Assembly: GCA_040756085.1 (NCBI GenBank) | Contig: JBFMAE010000356.1 | Span: forward strand, 1 to 32,622 | Length of the DNA: 32,622 nt | Source of the DNA: Thermodesulfobacteriota bacterium | GTDB lineage: Bacteria > Desulfobacterota > BSN033 > UBA1163 | Direction of reading: 5' to 3' | Shown: positions 15,887 to 24,583 of the stretch, piece after piece | Layout of the letters: each line of letters opens with the position of its first letter | Position numbering within the stretch: the first letter of the stretch is position 1 | The notes under the pieces: generated by a model | Seen by the model: only the letters and a program-made list of their open reading frames with translations | What the model was told of the DNA's origin: nothing | The model's database searches: none | Program-made: the position numbers and the translations under genes

Positions 15887-16708
15887 CTATTTCGATGAAG
15901 CTGTGTAATTCGGATTAAATTTCTGATAAATCTTTTCGGTCAGAAAGATGGGCACAAACAGGGTTGGGTAAACGAGAGGGAGGGCCTCATCCTTTCCAAT
16001 CACCAGACACCCCTTATCTTTTAAACTGAGGGCGATCTTTTTTAAAACATCGACCTGGCATTCTTTTGAAAAATAAGTGAAGGCCAAATTTCGACAGAAA
16101 ACCATATCCATCCCTGAAAATGGTTCTTCGTTGATTATATGGTGTTTTCTAAATTCCACACCCTCCCGGATGGCCCGATCGAGAACATAAAAACCGTTAT
16201 CGATTTTGAAAAAATCTCTGAGGACTTCTTCAGGAACCTCTTTCACACTACTTTTCTTATATTTCCCTTCTTTCGCTCTTTCAATAAGATTCTCATTAAC
16301 ATCCGTAGCTAAAATGGAGAGATGGATTTGAGGCCAAGTTTTCTCAAATCTCTCCTTCCATAGCAGGCAGATGCTATAAGGCTCCTCCCCGCTGGCGCAG
16401 CCAATCGACCAGATCTTCAAATGCCCCTCATTCCTGTTTTTAATGATTGTTGGAATGAGAAAATTTTCGATGGTACTGAAAACCTCTCTGTCTCTGAAAA
16501 ACCTTGAAATAGTTACGGCAAGGAATTTTGACAAGTGGCTTTGTTCTTCAGGATCGTTTTTAATTTTTAATAGATAATCTTCAAATTTAGAAAGACCGAC
16601 CTGGGCTATCCGATGTTCGACCTTTCGCCTGATCCCTCTCCTTTGAAAGGGCCGCCATTGAAGACCAAGAAGGGGAGTGACTTCTCTGAGGAATTCATCA
16701 AAGTGCAT
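15887..16708 (-). CDS. cheR: CheR-family SAM-dependent protein-glutamate methyltransferase (orphan)
   Basis: ISRFFRD, IWSIGCASGEEPYS, ILATD, DMVFCRN. Confidence 0.9.
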   Translation of the reverse strand: MHFDEFLREVTPLLGLQWRPFQRRGIRRKVEHRIAQVGLSKFEDYLLKIKNDPEEQSHLSKFLAVTISRFFRDREVFSTIENFLIPTIIKNRNEGHLKIWSIGCASGEEPYSICLLWKERFEKTWPQIHLSILATDVNENLIERAKEGKYKKSSVKEVPEEVLRDFFKIDNGFYVLDRAIREGVEFRKHHIINEEPFSGMDMVFCRNLAFTYFSKECQVDVLKKIALSLKDKGCLVIGKDEALPLVYPTLFVPIFLTEKIYQKFNPNYTASSK

Positions 16709-17204
16709 GGGCTTTTTCTAAGTCCAATAGTTGCCTCTTGACCTTAAGGCCATGGCCAAAACCGCCTAGGCCACCATTGCTTTCAATCACTCGATGACAA
16801 GATAGGATCAATGGAAGGGAATTAGAACCGTTTGCATTCCCCACTGCCCGAAAGGCTTTTGGATGGCCAATAGCCTTCGCAATCTCCTTATATGATCGCG
16901 TCTGGCCATAAGGGATTTTTGCCAATGCTGACCAGACTTTTTTCTGAAATGGAGTTCCTTTCATATCCAATTGGCAATTAAAACGCCGAAGTTCTCCCTT
17001 TAGGTATTTTCTTAATTGAGATAGAACCTCCTTATTCTTTTGATCGTCTCTGATGATCTCCCCGGGAAAACGTTCCTTTAATCTCCTCAGAAAGGCATTC
17101 TCTGATCTAAGAAAGTCCACCATGCAGACACCCTTATCTGTGGAGGCAACAAAAACCTTTTTTAAAAAGGGTGAATCAAAAAAAGAATAGTAAATTTTCT
17201 CCAT
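16698..17204 (-). CDS. ogt: Methylated-DNA-protein-cysteine methyltransferase
   Basis: GTPFQKKVW, IPYGQTRSY, RAVGNA, SCHRVI (variant of PCHRV). Confidence 0.93.
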   Translation of the reverse strand: MEKIYYSFFDSPFLKKVFVASTDKGVCMVDFLRSENAFLRRLKERFPGEIIRDDQKNKEVLSQLRKYLKGELRRFNCQLDMKGTPFQKKVWSALAKIPYGQTRSYKEIAKAIGHPKAFRAVGNANGSNSLPLILSCHRVIESNGGLGGFGHGLKVKRQLLDLEKAHAL

Positions 17205-17213
17205 CCTGCCCTC

Positions 17214-17540
17214 CTAACTTAAAATCGCCAGCGCATAGCGCCTGCCTGTCCCCATTGATCTGACCTCATCCAAATCATTACGAATGGAATAGGCCGCAGA
17301 CTCTTCCATGACCACACGATATCCCCTTTGAATGTGACGAAGGAATGCCCTGCCAAGAGAACTTCCTCCAATTGTATCGCCATGGATATAGACATGGCTC
17401 TCGATGGTTTTTAATTTTTCTACGATAAATTTGGATGGAGTGGGGAGGATGAGACTGATACAATTTTCGATCTTTTTTTGTGAATCAAAAAGAAGAATAT
17501 CCTGAGTGCCCGCTCCAATATCAATCGCCAGTATCTTCAT
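17214..17540 (-). pseudogene. Truncated DUF1786-like protein
   Basis: ILAIDIGAGTQDIL N-terminus, GDTIGG, AAYSIRNDLDEVRSMG. Only 108 aa, whereas I recall roughly 340 aa for the family. Confidence 0.6.
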
Positions 17541-17544
17541 TGCA

Positions 17545-17612
17545 AGTTCGGTGTTCGGAGATTTGAGTTCGGAGTTTAAAACTCCCTACTACGAACTCAT
17601 TACTCCGAACTA
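17545..17612. repeat. Palindromic AGTTCGG heptamer element
   Basis: AGTTCGG TGTTCGG AGATTTG AGTTCGG AGT ... ACTCCCT ACTACGA ACTCATT ACTCCGA ACT. Confidence 0.7.
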
Positions 17613-19067
17613 TTATCCTTTGATCACTCCCATAGGGACAAGTTTCACGACCTTGCGGCTGATACCTGCATGATGAACCACACTCACCACTTCCGTCACA
17701 TCTTTATAGGCATCCGGAATCTCCTCTACAAGCGTCCCGCGGCTTGCCCCTTTGACGATGATCCCTTTATCTTCCAATTCCCTCGTAATCGATCTCCCTT
17801 TTGCTGCTTTGATCGCCTGGTGGCGGCTCATCACACGACCTGATCCATGGCAGGTGCTACCGAAAGTTTCTTCCATGGCCCTCTCCGTCCCCACCAACAC
17901 ATAAGAACATCTCCCCATATCTCCTGGAATGAGGACCGGTTGGCCGATGGATCGATACTCTTCTGGAACATCGGAGTGACCGGGTGGAAAGGAGCGGGTT
18001 GCTCCCTTTCTGTGGACACAGACCTTCAGGGTCTTTCCATTGATGGTGTGGGTCTCTATCTTGGCGATGTTGTGGCAAACATCATAAATCAAATCTAACT
18101 TTAAATCTCTGGGACTCTTCTGAAAAACCTGCTCAAAGGTCTCCCCCACCCAGTGACTGATCATCTGCCTATTGGTAAAGGCAAAGTTTGCCGCACAGGC
18201 CATGGCTTCCAGATACTGCTTCCCTTCCGTTGAAGAGATGGGAGCACAACAGAGCTGGGGGTCCGGAAGTTCAATCTGATATTTGCGGGCGGCATCCATC
18301 ATCATACGGATATAATCATCACACACCTGATGTCCCAAACCCCTTGAACCGGTATGCACCGTAATCGTAACCTGATCCTTCCAGAGGCCTAATGTTTGAG
18401 CAATGGCCTCATCAAAGACCTCGGCCACATATCCAACCTCAACAAAGTGATTTCCAGAACCAAGTGTTCCCAACTGGGCCTTGCCCCTCTCCATCGCCCT
18501 ATCAGAGACACGATCCGGGTCTCCTCCTTCGATGCACCCCTGTTCCTCGATATGGTCGAGATCTTCTGCTGTGCCGAAACCTCTTTGTACTGCCCATTTG
18601 GCGCCCTTTTTGAGGACCTGTCGCTGCTCCTCACGATCCAGTTTGAGGTCTTTCCGGTGAGACCCTACGCCTGAAGGGATATTGGCGAAGAGGGTCTCCA
18701 CTAGCTCTCTCATTCTTCCCTGGATGTCCATGCGGCTCAACCCTGAGCGCATCAATCGGACGCCTCAGTTGATATCGTAACCCACTCCTCCAGGGGAAAC
18801 GACCCCTTTCTTCATATCAAAGGCTGCCACGCCACCGATGGGAAAACCATAACCCCAATGGATATCCGGCATGGCCAAGGAATGGCCCATAATGCCCGGT
18901 AGCCAAGCCACATTGGCGACCTGGACTAGACTCTGGTCCTTTCGAATATCGGCGAACATCCGCTCGTCCGCATAGACGATGCCATCGGTCCTCATCTTAC
19001 CCTCTCGTGGAATTCTCCAACGGTAATCATCAATTTTTTGAATTTTGAACTTTTCTTCTGCTGACAT
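17613..19067 (-). CDS. rtcB: RtcB RNA 3'-phosphate/5'-OH ligase, 484 aa, probable selenoprotein (UGA at 18765-18767 = residue 101)
   Basis: The two track ORFs are in frame: [19 protein letters not shown]. Other motifs intact: [47 protein letters not shown]. Confidence 0.93.
18726..18764 (-). promoter_or_regulatory. Bacterial SECIS-like hairpin 3' of the rtcB UGA
   Basis: Minus strand after UGA: GGC GUCC GAUUG AUGC GCUCA [GGGU] UGAGC C GCAU GGAC. The G-first apical loop starts at +22. Confidence 0.75.
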
Positions 19068-19086
19068 TTTGGTTACCCCTTTCCAT

Positions 19087-19246
19087 TAGCAGGTTGCTTA
19101 AAAATCGTTATTTTGCCCAGAATGTCATGCCGAACCTTGTGCTGAACTCGATTCAGTATTGTTTCGGCATCTCATAAAATCGGAGATTTGTTAGACCCTG
19201 AACCAAATTCAGTGTGACAAAAAAGGTTTTCTCAATATCCTATTAG
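19087..19246. repeat. REP-like double-hairpin element with nested insert between archease and rtcB
   Basis: TGTCA...TGACA boundaries, ATGCCGAAC/GTTTCGGCAT stem, 18-nt insert 19141-19158 flanked by TTGT, second hairpin ACCCTGAA-CCAAA-TTCAGTGT. Confidence 0.65.
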
Positions 19247-19247
19247 A

Positions 19248-19664
19248 TTAAAGGTCAAAAATAATCTGGGCCCTCCAGCTTCCTTCCGTCTTTCGAACCT
19301 CTATCCAGTGGTGGGTGACAGCCTTCACTTCTGTCTTGATCACATGAACCCCTTCCTGAAATGGCTCTCCCTTCACCTTCGCTTTCAATCCATCTTCTCC
19401 AACGGACTCCACTTTAAACCCTTTAAAGAGAAGATTCTCCACATCGTGAAGATAGAGGAGTTCGCTTAACCAATCCACCATCAGGCGCTCCAGTTCCTTT
19501 CCTCCAATCTCAATCCGTCTCTCAGTCCGGCGCCTCACTTTCCTTAAATCGGTGATGAGGTGGAAGAAGGCTTCACCGGCATTTTCGAAAAGCGCCTTGA
19601 GATCTTCACCATAAACGATGAGGCCGATATCGGCCGTATGATCTAAAACTTCAAAGCGCTTCAT
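19248..19664 (-). CDS. Archease (RtcB cofactor)
   Basis: FEVLDHTADIG, WLSELLY, EVKAVTHH, C-terminal IIFDL. Upstream of rtcB on the same strand. Confidence 0.93.
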   Translation of the reverse strand: MKRFEVLDHTADIGLIVYGEDLKALFENAGEAFFHLITDLRKVRRRTERRIEIGGKELERLMVDWLSELLYLHDVENLLFKGFKVESVGEDGLKAKVKGEPFQEGVHVIKTEVKAVTHHWIEVRKTEGSWRAQIIFDL

Positions 19665-19694
19665 CCACAACCCAATTTCTTCTCTGACACAAGA

Positions 19695-20063
19695 TCACTC
19701 ACCCTTTTTCTTCCCTTTGATGATATTGATCGCCTTTTCCATCATATCGGGGACCTTTCCTATGAAGGCTTCCATCATCGCGGGCATCCTCCTGAGATGG
19801 AGAATGGAAACCTCTCCATCCTTAATCACCAGAAAAGCAATGGGCTCCACACAGATTCCTCCTCCTCCTGCACCTCCGCTTCCGCCTGAGCTCCTGATCT
19901 GTTCTGTTCCAGCCCCTGCACCAATGCCCAAGGAGATCTTGGAGACGGGAAGGAGGGTGTTCTCCCCCGCTTTGATCCCTTCTCCGACAATGGTCTCGGT
20001 CTTGGCAACGGCCTTAAACCCCTCTAAAAGTGTCTTGATTAAATCGGTAGCTTCCATTATCAT
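19695..20063 (-). CDS. GerW/YtfJ family protein
   Basis: TETIVGEGI, LLPVSKISLGIGAG, GGGGICVEPIAFLVI. Confidence 0.85.
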   Translation of the reverse strand: MIMEATDLIKTLLEGFKAVAKTETIVGEGIKAGENTLLPVSKISLGIGAGAGTEQIRSSGGSGGAGGGGICVEPIAFLVIKDGEVSILHLRRMPAMMEAFIGKVPDMMEKAINIIKGKKKGE

Positions 20064-20521
20064 TCACCTCCTTTTCGTTGTCTCCTCCCCCTTGTTTCCC
20101 TGAGAAGGGGAAGTATCCATTTTCTAAAATGATGCAATAATCTCCTTGGAGGCATAACAACTTCACCCTTACACCAATTCTCCCCTAAAAAATTGATAGT
20201 CATATGGATCTTTCGACCCCCCTTGCCGGTTCCAAAAGCGCTGGTCCACCCGTAGAGTATTCCATTGATCATGGGATCTGGAAAAGAAAGAGTTCCTTCC
20301 ATCTCTTTCAGTTTCCATTCTGTAAGAAAGGAAAAGGCTCCTTTCAAATATATCCACCGCATGGGAAAACGGATCCTTTTTCGTCTGATGCCATGGGGGA
20401 TAGGGATCCCGAGAATTTTTGTTAAAAACTTCCCGTCCTCCCATCCAGAAGAGAAAAATCCATTCCATTTGAAACAGATCGACTTCTCCCGGCTGTTCCA
20501 GGAAAATGAAACCGGAATCAT
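20060..20521 (-). CDS. Hypothetical protein (DUF2953/YtfI-like partner of YtfJ)
   Basis: FPDPMINGILYG motif and 4-nt overlaps with both neighbours. Confidence 0.65.
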   Translation of the reverse strand: MIPVSFSWNSREKSICFKWNGFFSSGWEDGKFLTKILGIPIPHGIRRKRIRFPMRWIYLKGAFSFLTEWKLKEMEGTLSFPDPMINGILYGWTSAFGTGKGGRKIHMTINFLGENWCKGEVVMPPRRLLHHFRKWILPLLRETRGRRQRKGGE

Positions 20522-20904
20522 CCTATCCTCTTCTTCTCCACTTTTTGAAGAAACCGTTCTTTAGAAACAAGGATTCGCTCATGTTCCCCCTCAGCCACCT
20601 TCTCCCTTTCATCATAAGCATCAACCAGGAAGAGAAGCCGGTTCTTCTCTACCTCCTTGAGAAGAGCCTGAGCAGTGACCTTCATGCCAAGAGGTGTTGG
20701 GGTCAGGTGCCTGATCTTCACCTGCGTTCCGAGGCTCATTTGATCAGAGGACATATACCCCTCGATCGCCTCGATAGCCGCTGACTCCATAAGCTGAATG
20801 AGCCTTGGGGTGGATAGGACATCCAAGGGGATGCTCCCCAGTTTTCTGACCAGATTTTCCTCCATGACGACCATCTCAGATTTTCCCGTGAGTCCAGGTA
20901 CCAT
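20518..20904 (-). CDS. Hotdog-fold thioesterase (FlK-like)
   Basis: VLSTPRLIQLMESAA, SLGTQVKIRHLTPTPLG, GEHER. ATG 20904 follows GGAGG. Confidence 0.88.
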   Translation of the reverse strand: MVPGLTGKSEMVVMEENLVRKLGSIPLDVLSTPRLIQLMESAAIEAIEGYMSSDQMSLGTQVKIRHLTPTPLGMKVTAQALLKEVEKNRLLFLVDAYDEREKVAEGEHERILVSKERFLQKVEKKRIG

Positions 20905-21023
20905 CTCGCCTCCTAAATTGTCAAATGACAAAGTTCAAATTTGAAACCAAATCGAAAGCTCCTGCCTACAGCAGGTAAAAAGCTACTGCATCTGCCTCTT
21001 TCCTTATGGCAAACCTCAAAATC

Positions 21024-21296
21024 TCATCGAGGTTTTGCAATCTCATCTTCTTCCTCCTTTCCAAAACTTCTTTTCACCTCAGCAATAACCCTCTTCGCCT
21101 TCTCACCGAATTTCTCAGGGACCATGACCGCTCCCCAGCCTTTCTGAGGAAGGTAGAGTCCATCATACGCCGTATCGAGAAAGGATTTCATAAGAAATGG
21201 AATTCTTTCCTCATTCAGCGCTTGAGAAACCCTATCTCCTTCAAATCGGTTTTCAACAATCCCGGCTTTCACCCACCGGGCCATCTCCTCCTCCAT
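21024..21296 (-). CDS. Small hypothetical protein (DUF2007/PII-like putative signal transducer)
   Basis: ENRFEGDRVSQALNEERIPF...DTAYDGLYLPQKGWG. Confidence 0.7.
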   Translation of the reverse strand: MEEEMARWVKAGIVENRFEGDRVSQALNEERIPFLMKSFLDTAYDGLYLPQKGWGAVMVPEKFGEKAKRVIAEVKRSFGKEEEDEIAKPR

Positions 21297-21452
21297 ATTT
21301 ATATTATATAATGAATTAGAAATAACCCAAAGAATAAATTTTCACATCGAGTTTGTGGTGACGGGAATGCCCCAATAAAAATTAAGTTGAAAAAAATTAA
21401 ATTGAGAATATAATGAAATGATCCATATTCAATCTGATCATAGGGAGGAAAC

Positions 21453-22007
21453 ATGGCAACGAGGAAGTTAGACGAAAAATCCTTTGGTACCAAGATGAAA
21501 CAACTCCGTCAAGTAAGAAAAATTTCCCTGGAACAGCTTGCCAATAAAACAAGATTCTCGCAACGGTACTTGAGGGAAATTGAGGAGGGGATCGCCATCC
21601 CCCCTGTCTCTGCAGTCATCCAGATCGCAAAGGCTCTATCTGTTGATTCAGGCTCTTTCCTCTCTGCTGAAGAGCAGGAAGCCTCACAAAAAAGAAGGAG
21701 GGAAAGCTTTTACAAACGGACTCAGGCCTACTCTTATAAAACCCTTACTCCGGATGCAGAAACAAAACATATGAAGGCCTTTCTCGTCACCATCGATCCT
21801 AAACAGGATCATAAGATGGTGGAGTACAAGCATGAGGGAGAGGAATTTATCTATGTCCTAAAGGGTCAGGTGGAGGTGATGGTGGGAGAAAACCGTAACC
21901 TTCTGAAAAAAAATGAAACCCTCCATTTTGATTCAGGGATTATTCATAAACTCCGAAACCTCGGAGATGATGAAGCCAAGCTCCTCGTTGTCCTCTATAC
22001 CCCCTAA
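21453..22007 (+). CDS. XRE-family HTH regulator with cupin domain
   Basis: N-terminal HTH (ISLEQLA...YLREIEEG), cupin HEGEEFIYVLKG, FDSGIIH. Confidence 0.92.
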   Translation: MATRKLDEKSFGTKMKQLRQVRKISLEQLANKTRFSQRYLREIEEGIAIPPVSAVIQIAKALSVDSGSFLSAEEQEASQKRRRESFYKRTQAYSYKTLTPDAETKHMKAFLVTIDPKQDHKMVEYKHEGEEFIYVLKGQVEVMVGENRNLLKKNETLHFDSGIIHKLRNLGDDEAKLLVVLYTP

Positions 22008-22020
22008 TCCCAGCTCCGCT

Positions 22021-22177
22021 GGGAAATCCGAAATTCGAACATCGAAATTCGAAACAAATTCAAAATTCAAATTTCAAAATTATTTCTGTTTGTTTGGATC
22101 ATTCGTATTTTGAACATTCGTGCTTGTTTCGGATTTCGCCTGCCTACCGCAGGCAGGTGCTTCGAATTTAGAATTTC
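22021..22177. repeat. Palindromic AAATTCG heptamer element with precise 19-nt insert
   Basis: GGAAATCCGAAATTCGAACATCGAAATTCGAAAC ... GGATTTCG[CCTGCCTACCGCAGGCAGG]TGCTTCGAATTTAGAATTTCC. Confidence 0.8.
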
Positions 22178-22191
22178 CCCATAGTGGCAGG

Positions 22192-23052
22192 TTATTCTCT
22201 CCAGTTTCTGGGCACGCCTGCATACGAAGCCTTTCGGTCTAACTCGTCCAGCTGATTTTCAAAATATCGGATCGCATTGTTGATCTGATTCAGTTCAAAA
22301 CTTGTTCCCCGACTCTCATATCTTGTCTTCAACTTCTTCAACTCCGCCAAGCTTCGATGGTAGAACCGGAACTGGCCAGTCCAGTAATCCCTACTATAAC
22401 CGCCTGGTCGGTCGGGTGACGGTCTCCCCGACATGGGAAAGAGCGTCATCTTCGCATTGGAAGAATCAAGAACCACCCGGAACTTATTGAGAAAAGAGTT
22501 TCCCAAAAGCCCTGCTTTATCGGAAGGCATGGTATAAACCAATGCCTCCACATTCTCCGCTTCTGCATTCCCGACCCGCACAGATTTCAGTGTTACCAGC
22601 GGGGTGAGAATGACACTGCTCACAGTCGTGACCGGGATGACCGGTGTGTTTTCGTCGATGGTGAGACCCAACTCCCTCCTTGTCTCCTGGTTGATGAGGG
22701 TGAAACTTGCCCCAGAATCAACGATGAAAAGCCGTCTCACCCTATGATTCATGGTAACCTCTACCAACAACAATTCATGTTTTCGTAAGAGGTCCACCTC
22801 AATCCCTTCGGATTCGGAAGTTTTTGGGGTGGGGGGAAGCACTGGCTTCACCCTATTTTCTGGAGGAGGAACCTCTTTGGGAGCTTTCCGCATCTCAGCA
22901 TTCGGGCGGTATTTCTCTGGAACTTTGGAAAGATCGTCGGAATAATGGACCGTCCCCTTCTCATCCACCCACTTATACATCTCTCCAAAACCGGTGGATG
23001 GGAAACTGACTATAATGGCAATGAGAAGGATGACGACCTTCAATTTTTTCAC
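22192..23052 (-). CDS. Exported clan AA (retropepsin-like) aspartic protease with N-terminal DUF4124
   Basis: Signal peptide, YKWVDEKGTVHYSD, FIVDSGAS, LLGNSFL. Confidence 0.88.
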   Translation of the reverse strand: MKKLKVVILLIAIIVSFPSTGFGEMYKWVDEKGTVHYSDDLSKVPEKYRPNAEMRKAPKEVPPPENRVKPVLPPTPKTSESEGIEVDLLRKHELLLVEVTMNHRVRRLFIVDSGASFTLINQETRRELGLTIDENTPVIPVTTVSSVILTPLVTLKSVRVGNAEAENVEALVYTMPSDKAGLLGNSFLNKFRVVLDSSNAKMTLFPMSGRPSPDRPGGYSRDYWTGQFRFYHRSLAELKKLKTRYESRGTSFELNQINNAIRYFENQLDELDRKASYAGVPRNWRE

Positions 23053-23076
23053 TATTGATCCTTTAAATCAATATAT

Positions 23077-23134
23077 ATTCTACTCATTACAGGGGAGGAT
23101 GTCAATTGCCGTTTTAGGGGTATTCTGTTATAAT
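23077..23134. promoter_or_regulatory. Back-to-back sigma70 promoters
   Basis: Minus TTGACA(23105-23100)-17-TAGAAT and plus TTGCCG(23106)-17-TATAAT with extended TG. Confidence 0.7.
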
Positions 23135-23167
23135 TTTTTTAAGGTAAATGACAGAAAGGGGAGAAAA

Positions 23168-23665
23168 ATGGGAGCAAAAACAGAAGAAAATCTGAAAGAA
23201 GCATTTGCAGGCGAATCCCAGGCCAACCGGAAATACCTTGCCTTTGCCAAGAAGGCAGAAGAAGAAGGTTATTTACAGGTTGCTAAACTTTTCAGGGCCG
23301 CTGCAGAGGCTGAAACCGTCCATGCCCATAATCATCTCCGAGTCCTGAAAGGGACCAAATCCACTAAGGAAAACCTCCTGGAGGCCATCAACGGTGAAAC
23401 CCATGAGTTCAAGAATATGTATCCGGAGATGATAAATGAAGCAAATGCCGTAAAGAACGAGGAGTCTGCTCTGACCTTCCATTACGCCAACGAAGTGGAA
23501 AAGATCCACGCCTCTCTCTACTCCAAAGCCCTTGAGAATCTGGGAAAAAATGAGGTCTTAGACTATTATGTCTGCCCTTTCTGCGGGAACACTGTTGAAA
23601 AGGCTCCACCTGAGAAGTGCCCGATCTGCGGCGCTCCGGGAAAGAAATTTATTAAAATTGTTTAA
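23168..23665 (+). CDS. rbr: Rubrerythrin
   Basis: AFAGESQANRKY, EAETVH, EVEKIH, C-terminal CPFC...CPIC. ATG at 23168 is the likely start. Confidence 0.93.
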   Translation: MGAKTEENLKEAFAGESQANRKYLAFAKKAEEEGYLQVAKLFRAAAEAETVHAHNHLRVLKGTKSTKENLLEAINGETHEFKNMYPEMINEANAVKNEESALTFHYANEVEKIHASLYSKALENLGKNEVLDYYVCPFCGNTVEKAPPEKCPICGAPGKKFIKIV

Positions 23666-23689
23666 CCCCAATTCTCTCTTCGAGATATG

Positions 23690-23845
23690 ATTGATGAGGT
23701 GATAGGGCGTTGGGGTGATGGGGTTGAATTTAAGTTTTTCCGCAATTGTGCTTTGACCTTCCTCCGCCCGCAGAAGCGGGCTTCGCGAAGGCGGGAGCGC
23801 TTCGAGCGAAAGCGCGCTTCCCCATCTCCTTATCACTCTATTCAA
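23690..23845. repeat. Degenerate palindromic spacer with GC-rich nested hairpins
   Basis: TGATAGGG/TGATGGGG versus CCCCATCT/CTTATCAC arms. Internal GCCCGC-AGAA-GCGGGC and related stems. Confidence 0.5.
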
Positions 23846-23860
23846 TCAGTATGATCTCTA

Positions 23861-24583
23861 TTGAAGATGAAAACCTACTTCCTCTATCCAGAATCGATTC
23901 GGAAACTCTTTGACTCCATCGCCCCCCGTTATGACTTCCTCAATCACTTCCTCAGCCTTGGAAGAGATTTCTATTGGAGAAAGATGGCTGTCCGGGAACT
24001 CAGAGGACTTGATGGCTGGATATTGGATATCGCTACAGGGACAGGAGATGTAGCCATAGAGATCATCCACCAGGATGGTCATCGGAGGAAGGTCTTCGGG
24101 TTGGACTTCTCCGAACCCATGATCAGAGGGGCCAAGCAAAAGCTTTTAAAGAAAGGCCTGTCACAAAAGATTGTCTTAAGCATTGGGGATGCCCTCTCCC
24201 TTCCCTTTCGAGAAAATACCTTCAGCGCCTCAATGATTGCTTTTGGTCTAAGGAATATCCTGAAGAAAGAGCAAGCCTTCTCCGAAATGGTCCGGGTGAC
24301 TAAGGAAGGTGGAAAGGTGATCATTTTGGAATTCACTTTTCCCCAGCAGGGGTTGATGAGAAGATTGTATCCGATCTATTTTAAAAAAATCCTCCCCTGG
24401 TTGGGGGGCTTCATCTCTGGAGACAGAGGAGCGTATGCCTATCTTCCGGAATCGGTCCTCCATTTTCAAAATGCTGAAAACTATGAGAAGATAATGAGGG
24501 GATCCGAATTGGAAAATGTAAATCACCAGAAATTAACCTCTGGCATTGCCTCCATCATCACAGGGACGAAAAAGCGTAAATGA
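23861..24583 (+). CDS. ubiE: Demethylmenaquinone/ubiquinone methyltransferase (MenG/UbiE)
   Basis: FDSIAPRYDFLN, LDIATGTGD, AFGLRN, AYAYLPES. Confidence 0.93.
   Translation: MKMKTYFLYPESIRKLFDSIAPRYDFLNHFLSLGRDFYWRKMAVRELRGLDGWILDIATGTGDVAIEIIHQDGHRRKVFGLDFSEPMIRGAKQKLLKKGLSQKIVLSIGDALSLPFRENTFSASMIAFGLRNILKKEQAFSEMVRVTKEGGKVIILEFTFPQQGLMRRLYPIYFKKILPWLGGFISGDRGAYAYLPESVLHFQNAENYEKIMRGSELENVNHQKLTSGIASIITGTKKRK

Noticed and set aside
17613-18755. rtcB as two separate genes
   Set aside because: The halves are in frame, separated only by the UGA and GVR codons within a conserved motif, and the second half has no evident SD.
18765-18767. Genome-wide UGA reassignment (Trp/Gly) explaining rtcB read-through
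   Set aside because: TGA is a genuine stop elsewhere (e.g. ATGA overlaps at 13290 and 13799), no other gene shows internal TGAs, and the aligned residue is Cys.
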